A DNA stretch of 64,000 nt, taken from assembly GCA_009859145.1 (NCBI GenBank), contig VRVR01000055.1, positions 136,927 through 200,926 on the forward strand, read 5' to 3'. Under the pieces are notes generated by a model that was not told where the DNA came from, did no database searches, and saw only the letters and a list, made by a program, of their open reading frames with translations. This document shows, piece after piece, positions 11,702-22,800 of this stretch (positions within the stretch are counted from its first letter, which is position 1; each line of letters begins with the position of its first letter). Source of the DNA: Andalucia godoyi And28. Lineage: Eukaryota; Protista; Jakobida. The position numbers and the translations under genes are program-made.

Positions 11702-14700
11702 ATGGACACCACTGCTGCATCTTCTTCTTCATCGACGTCCCGAGTGCAAATTCTGGATCACCGGGTGCACATTCTCACTCGCCCAGACACGTATGTTGGC
11801 GCGCTCACGGTCAAACCGGTCGAAGCATGGATCTTTGACCTGAACACACGATGCATGGTCAAGAATCCGAATGTGCAGGTTTCGCCGGCGCTCCTGAAGA
11901 TTTTTGACGAGGTCCTCGTCAATGCCTCGGACTTTGCAGTGCAGGAGCCGCGCGTCACCGAGATTCGAGTCACCATCGATCGAAGCACGGATTCCATTGC
12001 GGTGTACAACAATGGTGGGTGCGTGGAATTGCAGCCGCATCACCAGAGGACCGATTTGCACGTCCCGGAAGTCGTGTTTGCGGAGTTCATGTCCACCTCC
12101 AATTTTGAGGACAATACGGCGCGTGTCGTGGGCGGACGCAATGGGTACGGTGCCAAGCTTGCCAATGTGTTTTCCAGCCAGTTTTCGGTCGATCTGTGTG
12201 ACGGCACAACTGCGTACAAACAGGTGTGGCGCAGCAACATGAGCGAGCACACCACACCAGTTTTGACCCCAGCAGAAGGGGGCGCTGCACCATCCGTCTA
12301 TGTGACCTTCATTCCCGACCTTGCGCGAATGGGATTGGAGCACATCACGGACGATCTGGTTTCGCTGTTCTTTCGCCGGGCACTGGACGTCTCGGCGTAC
12401 CTGCACATGATCGGACGCAACGTGCGCGTGCATTTCCGGTGTGGTTCCGAAGGATCGTGGACGCACGATTTCAACTGCTCGAATCTGTTACCGACAACGC
12501 AGCAGTATGCAAAAATATTCTTTCCAGATGCCGTATTCCTTCCCATCGTCGCAAATCGACTGTCGGTGGCGTTCTCCATCCAGCCGCAGGGCCGCGAGCT
12601 GCAGCAAGTGTCCATTCTGAACGGCATATTCACGTCTGCGGGCGGCGAACATGTGAAGATGATCATCGATGGGCTTTGGAATGGTGGTCTAGCGGACGAA
12701 ATCAAGAAGAAATGCCCGAATGCGAGCCTTACGCACTTTCGCGCCGTCATGCAGGTCGTCGTTTGCTGACAGTTGCACAACCCCGAATTCTCGTCGCAAA
12801 CGAAGGAAGAGTTGACGAGGTTCCTGAATCTTTCTGAATCACCCGTGTGGAACGGAGGGCTTGCAAAGCAGACTGTCTACAAAACTGGTCCAGAATCGGT
12901 TCGCGGAACAGGTCACGCAGACGATCATTCAAAAGCTGAAGCAGGACGACATCCGCTTTTCGAATCTGCGCCTCGGCAGTGCTCTTGATGTGCCCAAGCT
13001 GCAGAATGCGGCTCTTGCGGGAACAGATCAGCGACGCCAGTGTTCGTTGATTCTGACGGAAGGCGACTCGGCCATGGCGCTGGTGAGCAATTCCTTGTCG
13101 ACCGATCAAAAGAAGCACTTCGGTGTGTACCCGTTGCGAGGCAAGTTTCTGAATGTCTGCGAAGTCCCACGGGCGGACGTCTTGGAGAATGAAGAAGTGA
13201 AGAACATTGTGCGGGCGCTCAATCTCAGCTTCGATCTTGCTTACGACAACGATGTCGAGTTGGATACGCTGCACTACGGGCATGTGGTTCTGATGACGGA
13301 CCAGGAGCACGACGGGCTGCACATCAAAGGTCTGCTGCTGAACTTCTTCCAGTTCTTCTGGCCGCACTTGGTTGTTCGCATCCCCGATTTCCTGAAAGAA
13401 CTGCGCACACCCATCATACGAGCAGTGCATTCGAATGGCAGCGATTTCTAAGAGTTCTTTGCGCTGCGGCAATTTCGAGCGTGGTTTGAAGGGCTGTCCG
13501 TGGACGAGCAGCGTGCGTGGCGCGTGAAGTACTACAAAGGACTGGGGACCTCGACGACGGAAGAGGGGCGTCGGTACTTCGAGCATCCACAGAATTATGA
13601 ACGCTCCTTCCGTTTCGCGGACACCAACCGGGCGATGCTGGATGTCTTCTTTTCGGGAAAAAAGGTCGAAGAGCGGCGCAAGACACTAGAAGAGTGCTGG
13701 AAAGAGCAGGAAACCGTCGATGCTGCGCTGCTCGATGTCAGCATTTCCGAGATTGCCGCAGAATCGATCTCGATGGACCACTTCCTGCAGAAGGAGATGG
13801 TGTCCTCCAGTCTGTACGACTGCATTCGGGCGATTCCAAATGTGTTGGATGGACTGATCCCTGCGCAGCGCAAGGTGCTGTACACGCTGTTGCGACACGA
13901 CGGCGATGGAGAGGACATGCGCTTGTTGGAATTGATCGGCATGGTAGTTCGACAAACGAAATACCACCATGGCGAGGCGTCGCTGGGCGAGACGATCATC
14001 GGCATGGCACAGTCGTTTGTGGGCAGCAACAATGTTCCGTTGCTTGTGCCGGTTAGCCAGTTCGGAAGCCGACTGATGGGCGGCCAGGATGCTGCGAAGC
14101 CGCGGTACATTTTCACACGGCTGGATCCATCGCGCGCATCCTGTTTCCGATGGATGACCTCGCTTTGTTGTCGTACTTTTCAGAAGAAGGACAAAACGTC
14201 GAGCCCAAAGTCACGCTTCCCATCATGCCCATGATCCTTGTGAATGGCGCAGGGGGCATTGGGACTGGGTTTTCGACGGAGGTACCGACCTTTCACCCCG
14301 GCGACCTCGCCCAGCGCCTGAAGTCGTTCCTCCTGGATTCTGCGTCTTCTCCGACGGAAGGTGAGTTGGACTGGTATGAGAAACACTTTGGCATGGGTTG
14401 GGCACCGTGGTATGCAGGCTTCACGGGGGAAATCGTTCCTTTCGATGGAACTCCATGTTCATGGGCGAACTTTGGTCGGGTGAAGCGCGATGGCCCGCAC
14501 ACGCTGCAGATTTCGGAGCTTCCGATTCATACATGGGTTCAGCCGATGTTTGAGCAGTTGCAGAGGTGGATGGTGGACCGCAGCTTGAAGAACAAAGTCG
14601 GTCCATTTCACGATGCGCAGAATCTCAGCGAAGAGAATCGCGTATGCCTGCACATCCAGTTCCATAATTCAGAAGATGCCAAAGACTTGATGCGTCGCGA

Positions 14701-15430
14701 TGTATACAAGCTGATGAGACTGCAAAGACAGGTGTCATTTTCAAATGTCCACCTGTTTTCAACGGACAGAGAGGGCCTTCGAATTCGCAAGTTCGCGCAC
14801 CCATGTGACGTCCTTCGCGTCTTTGTGCCTGCTCGACTGGAATTGTATCGCCGTCGCAAGCAGATGATTCTCGAGCAAAAATGGTCAGAAGCAGCTCGAC
14901 GTCGAAGCATTGTGCAGTATGTTGAGAATCGCTCCTTGGTGCAGAAAGTGGTGCGCGCGAACCTCGATGGACTTGATCCATCACCCGATCTGGAAGCAGC
15001 AGGGCTTGCAAGAGTGAACGGGTCGTTCGACTATTTGCTGCGTGGTCTGAATGTAGCGTCGGTGCGGGTGGAGGAGGTGCGGGTGCGAGCGTCTGCCAGT
15101 GAAGAAGTATGTCGAGAGTTGGAGTCCAGGGGTGCAGAGCAGATGTGGATCGCCGAATTGGACCGTTTCATGCAAGAATGGAAAGCTCGAATGCCGGAGA
15201 CCGTTGTGGAGGGCGCGAAGTTGCCGCGGAAACAGAAGACAATGCAAGCGCCTCCGGTTATGAAGCCGCCGAAACTTGAAAAACCGGTAGCTCTTGGAAA
15301 CACGAAGGAGCGCATTGCGTCGCTGTTTTCGAAGAAGCAGGCCGGTCCACGGAAAAGAGCGCACAAGGATATGTCATCCGACGAAGATGATTTCGAAGAT
15401 GACTTGAGTGTTCCTGATATGTATGAATGA
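11702..15430 (+). pseudogene. TOP2: type IIA DNA topoisomerase, intronless and compact (virus-like); 2 in-frame stops and 2 frameshifts
   Basis: GHKL motifs (KIFDEVLVNASD, VYNNG, GGRNGYGAKLAN), TOPRIM motifs (LILTEGDSA, PLRGKFLN, MTDQEHDG.HIKG), KYYKGLGTS, DGL.PAQRK, YHHGE and active-site FGSRLMGGQDAAKPRYIFT. Lesions: TGA at 12767, +1 in G-run ~12858, TAA at 13449, -1 at ~14127. Confidence 0.93.
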
Positions 15431-15573
15431 CTTGTTATCATCATCTCGAATTTTTCCGATTTTTCTCGAGAATCTTCGGAATTCCTCATCCTTAGAGGAG
15501 CGATCCCACCCATGACTGGACGGAGCTCCCAAATCGCTCCCAACATTCTTCGCAAAACTCGGGTTTCTCGAAC

Positions 15574-17819
15574 ATGGTTCCCGGGTTGCAAGTGGGCGCA
15601 CCTGCTCCTTGTTTTCTTGTGCTCTTCGCTCTCCCATGTTTGTCGACTATTCTCGTCGTTTTCCTTCCAAACAAGATGTACTCCGACTGCTCTATTTCCA
15701 ACAACCACATAAAATACGTCTCCACCCTCCCGCGGATGAACTCCATCGTTGACTTCGGAGACATCGATGCTGCTGTGCATTCCGTTCTGCACCTCCTTCA
15801 AACGGATCCGCAGAATGCACGCCTCGCAGCCGTTCCGCTGCGGATTCGTACGGACTATCGATTCGTAGCCTCCCTGTTCACCAGCGCCCCTCGTTTCTTG
15901 GAGGAAGTGTTCGAAATTCCGTGCGCACTGTTCCCCCAGTTGCCCACTTCCCAGAACGCCGAGGCCGCAGATTCGGTGATCTTCCTGCTGCGGCACAGTC
16001 CGCGATACGAAGAACGAGCTTTGACATTCTTGGACGAAACTGCTCTCCCGGATCTCGAATGGCAGAGAATCGACCCATGCATTCTAGCTTACATGCCCGG
16101 AGTGCTGGGAAATGTGAGGTTGCTCGAAATGGTCATGTGCAGCCGCCAGTTTCCAACTGCCCACATTCTCTTCTTGCTGAAACGGTCCTTCGAACGCTTT
16201 CCGGAACAAACAGCCGCTCTTCTGATCGAAGAGTCCGACTGCGGTCTACTCTTCCATTTCCACCAAACCATTTGCAACGCTATTGCACAGGGACGCATCA
16301 CGGAAGTGCGCATTCGGCAAATTCCGTTCGTTGGGGCAGAAATAATTCTCGCATTGAGCGTTTGCTGTCCTGCACTCCTCCAAGCCAGCATGCCTTCTTT
16401 CCAATCAGCCATGCAGCGAATGCACTTGCCGCGACCGTGGGTGTGGCTCGTGCGCGCGAGCATACTGGCCCGATCCGACGAGGACCTCCTTCATGTTGCC
16501 GAGCTCTTGCTGGAGCACTTTTCAACGCGAGGAGTGCGGCTCTACTTTCTGTTCAACGCCTTCAACATGAGCAACGTCGCTCTGGCTCAATGGATGATCA
16601 AACACTGTCTCATGGACGCAGAGCGAATCTTTGCCACCTCGTCCTTTCCGAATGTCTTGCAAGTAACGATGCCGCCCGACAAGCTGTTCAGCATGCAAGA
16701 GATGATTGCCTTGTTGGATCGTATTCTCGCGAATCCGTTTGTCATTGCTTCGGACGCTCTCTGTTTCGCAGCCTCCTTGTCGCCACGCCTGTTGGAAGCC
16801 AAAGGCGTGCGGGTTGCATTCTTCGTCGACAACTGGATGGATTCCACTTCACCTCCTCGGCTTGATGCGTTGTCTGCCCTCCTCGATGTCACCGTAAGTG
16901 ATCTCATTCTCAGTGACGAGGAAGTGGAGAAGCTTGTGCACATCTCCATTCGGAATGAAGAAACAGTGCGATTAGAAACACTGGCTCAAGGTTTTCGAGC
17001 AGATTTGTCGGATCCAAAATACTGGAGTTCCATTTCGAGCCTGGGGATGCTGCAGTTTCTGACGGAGGAACTCGGCGTACACGTGCGATGGCCGACATGG
17101 ATGAAGGTGCCAGCGGCGCTCCGCAAAAGCATACGAGACGGCGAACAGTCCGTTCATGCAGACACGTACGAAGCGTGCGCAGTGGACCATTCGTGCGCGG
17201 CTGCTGGAGGACACAGACCCCGTGGAGGCTGATGTCTCACGAGTCCTGGCTGCGAATCCTCCAGCAATGCAAAAGTATTTTCGATGGCAGAGTGTACACA
17301 ATAATGTGGTGTTGTTTCTCACGTCCTTATTCAAGAGGATGGGAAGCCCAAGTGATCTCGCAGTGGGTACGCTCCGTTACCGCACATAAGAAGATGTGGA
17401 GAGGGATTTGCAAGTTGCGATGGTAGACGCAGGGTCGAACTGGAGGATGCTCATTCTGTTCCTGTCCATCTGAGGGCAAAGCGGAAACGGCTGGCATGCC
17501 AACATGCTGGTGATTCAACGGGAAACGGGAGTGGTAGTGCGATTCGAGCCGCATGGTCACCGATCGCCGAGTCCATACATCGATGCGTTCATTGAAGAGA
17601 CGATTCTCCGAACTTTGATATTGTGCGAACCAACAGGACGATTTGCGTACCGCCGATTGGGCAGATACTTGTCCGTATCACGGACCGCAGAGGAAATCAG
17701 ACGCTGTGACATGGGCGGACTTGGACTTGCGCGAAATGGGTGGGTACTGCGCGGTGTGGTCGCTCATGGCCATTTCACTTTCTCGTCCTTCATCCCCACT
17801 GGAGTGTGTTGGAGTGTAA
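15574..17819 (+). pseudogene. large helical-repeat-like protein with C-terminal clan-CE-like (Ulp1/adenain-order) cysteine protease domain
   Basis: Joining frames gives ...MLILFLSI*GQSGNGWHANMLVIQRETGVVVRFEPHG (17492-17548), then after a frameshift TCPYHGPQ...GGYCAVWS (~17656-17765), i.e. His-Glu-Gln-Cys order. Stops at 17387 and 17471; +1 in A-run 17125-17128. Confidence 0.65.
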
Positions 17820-18020
17820 CGAGAAGAGAGTTCGAGGACTTGGGCTTTATCGAATAAGGGTAAGAACTAAGAAGTAAACAAACAGACAAAAAGTGTCATG
17901 TCGACACTTGTCGACAGGCAAATATACGTTTGAGTGCAACGGGTGGTATTTGTTTCCAACCGTTTCTTTGTCTTTGCTTTCTTTTTATTTCGTAAAATCA
18001 GACGTTCTTTTATTTCTAAG

Positions 18021-18236
18021 TGTCACAAAGGTAAGAAAGAAAGAATGAGCACAGATCAGCAGACCCGCTTCCTTAAATACTCCGACGGCAATCCGTGCTG
18101 CTTCAAGTCTGACGTATCACGCCGACTATAATGCCGATGCCACGTGCCATGCCGATCGTAACTCCGGTCGAGTTCCCTTGAGTCGCTTGAGTCGCGATCT
18201 TCCAGTTCCCACACCTATATAAGGACTTCCGTCACA
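18021..18236 (-). repeat. LTR (216 bp) of Ty3/gypsy element
   Basis: Bounded by TGTCACA...CGTCACA (TG...CA on both strands), contains TATATAA, abuts the pol fragment, and is homologous to 34329-34528. Confidence 0.6.
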
Positions 18237-19442
18237 TGATGCCATTGGCGAGAAGCGCATCAACCTGTTCGTTCATGATTTCCTGATTTTGCGATGACAG
18301 GCGGCGAGGGGCAAAGGCGTGCGGTTGCGCTCCCGGTTTCAGCGTGATGTTCATGGGTCTGACCTTGGCAGGCTCGGAATCAGGGTTCTCAAAAAGGTCG
18401 GAGTACTCAGCACAAAGGTCCTGGATACCCTGCTGTAGGGGCCCCGGAGCGATGAACAAATCACTATCTTGGTCCTCCGACGGAAGGGAACGTCGTACGA
18501 TGGAGATTCCGCTTCTCGAGCGGCCGGCTGCTCGACCAGGAGAGAAAGCAATCCCGTCGACTGGAGAACAGGAAATCCGATGATCGCATCTTCCCCAGAT
18601 TCCAGGACGAAGAAAGAAACATCGATGGTCACAGCGCGGGCAAGACTGGGCGGAGTGCCGGTATTGACTGACAACTTGCAGGTAACCTCTTGCGAGGAAA
18701 CGGTGGTCTGTCCTGAGGCGACGGCGATCTCTCGCGTGCAAGGGCGGACGATCACGCCAATCACCAACATCTGTGAGAGTAATTTAGGCGACATCAGGCA
18801 AATGGAAGATCCTGTATCCAAGAGAGCTGCAACCCGAACGGATCCCGTCCATCCGAGAATCTTAGCCGTGGTTCGTGGTACAGTTTCCGGAGCGGTCGTT
18901 GCGGATTTTGCTTGAGCTTGGTTTGTAAGAGGCATCTTATCCAACCGGGTCCCGATGCGTTGCCAAACTTGGCATGTCCTTGAAAGGACAGAAAGGGCGT
19001 AGATGGCCTGGATGGCCGCATCCATAACAGACCTCCGACGAGGTCAATGGTGCAGAAGTACCCTCCAACGGTATGGGGCATGAGACGGAACCTTGGGGGC
19101 CTCACTCTTCTCGGCGCGGATCCTTGGTAACGACGAGCAATGTACTCCGGGATGTGTCACCGACGAGGAGCGGAGACGTTCCGCTTCCAAAACGATTTTT
19201 GTGAGTTGCTCAACATCTTCCAGAACAAAGATTTTAGCCTCCTTCAAGCTCGTCGGATGACGGAATGAGACATGATCCGAGAGTCTCTGCGGCCGCAAAT
19301 TCGTGACAAATAACTTGCGGAGTGCTTTGGAGTTGGCTCCCAAAGCATCGGAGCACACAGCCTCTTCCTTCTCATACTGCGGTATGTAGGTCATCACAGA
19401 ATCAGTGTTGTGCATGACAGTTGATGGCAAGTGATATGTCAT
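18237..19442 (-). mobile_element. Ty3/gypsy LTR retrotransposon remnant: gag C-terminus, CCHC knuckle, aspartic protease, RT N-terminus
   Basis: CYGCGHPGHLRPFC zinc knuckle (~19030-18990), VAALLDTGSSICLMS protease motif, and EYSDLF...MNITLKPGAQP..FAPRRLS...MNEQVDALLANGIM typical of the region just before RT. Frameshifted and truncated at 18237. Confidence 0.85.
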
Positions 19443-19868
19443 GTAACGGTCTGGTTTTCATTGCTTCTTTTTATTTCGAGTTCCTCTGATTCTTTTCTGT
19501 TTTCATTTGTTATTTCTTTTACTCGTACAAACTTTTGTTACCGTTGTTTCCTATATTACTTTGCCTAGTCGTCACAGTGTTTTACTTTTCGTATAATAAT
19601 AAAAATTAGGAAAGTTTTATTTTAATATCTGTTATCAAAAGGAGTGCAAATTCAACTTATGAATACGGTTGTGATGCTGCGGGCAAACAGCCGTAGTCAC
19701 AAACCTTTTGGGATTTTCAACGGTGAATTACGTCTTCCTTCTTCTGTGTTTCTGTTTTTCTTTTCGTATAATAAAATTAAGTAAGTTTTACTTTTCTTGG
19801 TGTGACCACATGGCATCATTTCTTTCTCTTGATCACCACACATCAATCAAGATACTTCTGCACGAACA

Positions 19869-22800
19869 ATGCCCAATATTCGCTTTACAATCACCGACAA
19901 CTCCGGGTCTTTGTGTCAAGACCGTGTATCCATCCCATGCGCCAATGGAAAGGCGTTTGCTTCCTGGATTTCCTCCAACGTGTTCGCGGGCTTCCCGAAA
20001 CAGTCCCGTGGCGACTTGCTGAAGATCTTCTTTGGGCACTTGGTCTGTTTTTTCAAGTACGGGATGTGGCTGCCACGTTTCTATCTGGATCGCTTCGGGA
20101 AGCCCTGCGGAATCGATCTGTCGCGCTCATTTGAAGACATCGGCCATATGTTGCAAAGCAATGCAGACGTTGAAATCGGAATCAAGTTCGCGACGCATTC
20201 GTACTACGCTCTTGTGCGCGGGTATGAATTTGCCGAGGAGAAGCATGTGCAGCACGTGCCGTTCGAGTATCGCCACTCCATTTGTTGCGCATTCATGTAC
20301 GTGGAAGAGAGCCATCGAAACTCGCCCGTGTTCGAGTGGCGCCAATACCGCATCATTGACGCTGCATCGGCGAAAGAGACGACGTGTGCGCTTCCGGTTC
20401 CTCTTTCCAAGTTTGCCGCGTTCACCGACTTGAAGACGTACTGCGAAATCTCTAAAAGGGGTCGCGACGACACGGCCGCGCTAAAAGCACAGGTTACGGG
20501 GCTCTCCGTCTATCAAGCAATCCACTTTGCGTTGCACAAGGAAAATCTGAACACGAAGATCGTGGGAGCTCTTGCAGACGGCCCGAAGATCGAGGTGTAT
20601 CTTTCCAATGGTCTTCCAAAGGACAAGATGCGTTCGTTCGACCTTTTCGATGTCTTGCAGCTTCGCTACATCCCGCATGCAGAAGACTCTGTGCGTTTCG
20701 TCTGGCTCCAGCGGACGCAGACGGGCGATATTGACGCAATGCGCCTTGCCAAACGCGAAAATCGCTTCGGGGGCATCGAAGAGGCACAACGTGTCCTCGA
20801 CAGATCAATGCGGTCTGTCATGGATTATCGGGTGCGTTCCGGCGAAAAGTTTCTTTCGGAAGAAAACACCATTTACTGGGAGACCCGGTTTGGAGAGCGA
20901 GCCGATGCGCGCAGCCATCTCAACGCCGTGTTTGCGAACACTCCGTATGTGCGGTCCGACGATCTAGCAGTGACCAATGCGAATCGGGGATACGGCGACA
21001 ACTTGCGGGACCGTCCCTCGAAGGTGGTCACTGCGTGGTGGAACAACGCGCCTCTCCAGATGATCCATTTTATTGGGAAGGATGCTCCCGAAATCAATCG
21101 CGTCAATATGGGGCGCGTTGGCTTCGCAGAGGGCGCGGCGACGCTTGAGAAAGCCGAGCGCGACGAAGACGTGCCAATCGCAGATTACATCCCTTGTGTC
21201 CGCGGCCATGTTTCGGCGAAGATTATCCGCGAACACCGAGATGTGTTCGTCTCTACGGTGAAGGCGTGTTGCGTCGAGTATCGAGAATTGTTAGGGTATG
21301 CGCGCTACGCACGCGACCTTTCTGAATTCTACACGCGCTACGAACCGATTATTCGGTCGCTTGTGACAAACAACATCGATGCGATGAAGTCGGAGTTGGA
21401 CCAATTGCTCCGATATGTGAAGCCGTTGAAAGATCTTGTCGAAACTGCCGATCTGGTAGACGCCGTGAAGGCGCTCCCCGACGCTGTTGTCTTCAACACG
21501 TATGCGGTCGAAAAGGGCAGTCTTCCAGAAAATGCCACTTTGGATGGCTATGAGCTCCGCATCGCAGACGACGTGCAGACACTGGGAAAGATCCAGGATG
21601 CATATCCGGTCCTGCTCTTCGTGACCGTCGAGCGGATTGCCGAAACGTATGGATCCAGTGAACACCTGGCTGCCGTGAAGCGGATGGCGGACGTTTTCAA
21701 CGACTATCCAATCGGGAAGGCACTACCCACTGGGAGCATTTCGGAAAGCATCCGGAAGCTTGGACATAAGATTTTCGCCGATGCAATGCGCTCGGACGAA
21801 GCAAAGCGTCGCTACCAATCCACCAAATTGTTGTCCAACAAGGCGCACGCACATATGGAAACTGCCGGCGCGTTGTTTCCCGTGTTACATGGTGTGGTGC
21901 GCTTTGGTGTTGCCACCGAAGCAACGAAGGAAGACATTGCCAAGGTTTTCCAATCCGACCTTGCGGCGATTGTTGCGCAGGCAACGGCAATTCGTGCAAT
22001 TCCGTCAGTCGAAGAGGTCAAAACCACGCTCCCAATGGAAGGCGGCGAATGGATCGGATACAACGCGGTGTTGGCAGCACAACGGACGGCTGCGTACATG
22101 ATAGGATATTGGATCAAGTCGTTCAGACTTCGCGATTTCTCGGTTCGCCCAGTCGTCAACAGCGGCGTTGAGGTGCAGGTGGAAACGGAAGACTCGAAGG
22201 CAATCACACCGACATCAGAAGAAGAAGCGCGGATGAATCGCCTTGCTGAAACGGAGTTAATGGTCGCGCAGACACTTGTTTATTTGTACGGAGGCCTCGA
22301 GTCTTCCAAGAATGTGGAAGAGGCGCGCCGGGCTCTCTGCGCATCTAACTCGAAGAGTCATGTTGATGCACTCTCCAACGCTATTCGTTCGTTCTGCGAA
22401 GAAACGAAAATCGAGTACGACGGGATTCGTGCATGGGTCACTCCTGCAAGAAATGTCGGACACACAATGCCCTATGTCGAAAACAGACAGAGTGCATCGG
22501 ACGAACTCATTACCGAATACCGAAACCTGTACAACACGGGGGTCAACGTTGATGCCGTGTTTACGGTCAAGACTGCGGTTGAGATGCTGTGCGCGGCGCG
22601 CCATGCACTCGGGATGTCGTACATCGCAATGGACGTGCATGCCAGGTTCGAAACACATAACATGAAGACGGTGGATTCCGAGAAGAGCATCTGCACGGCG
22701 GCAGTACAGTGTCAGTGGATTGTCATGGCGTTGTACAACATGTTGGAGACGATGGGCGTCATCGATTCGTCACGGGATATTACCATCACCAAGGATCGAC

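Noticed and set aside
12767-17473. Alternative genetic code (TGA=Cys/Trp or TAA=Gln) explaining internal stops
   Set aside because: Internal stops include both TGA and TAA, both also terminate clearly intact genes, and 6.4 kb of ORF has no internal stop.
19442-19701. Second LTR starting TGTAACGG
   Set aside because: No similarity to the 18021-18236 LTR, no matching inverted terminus and no TSD.
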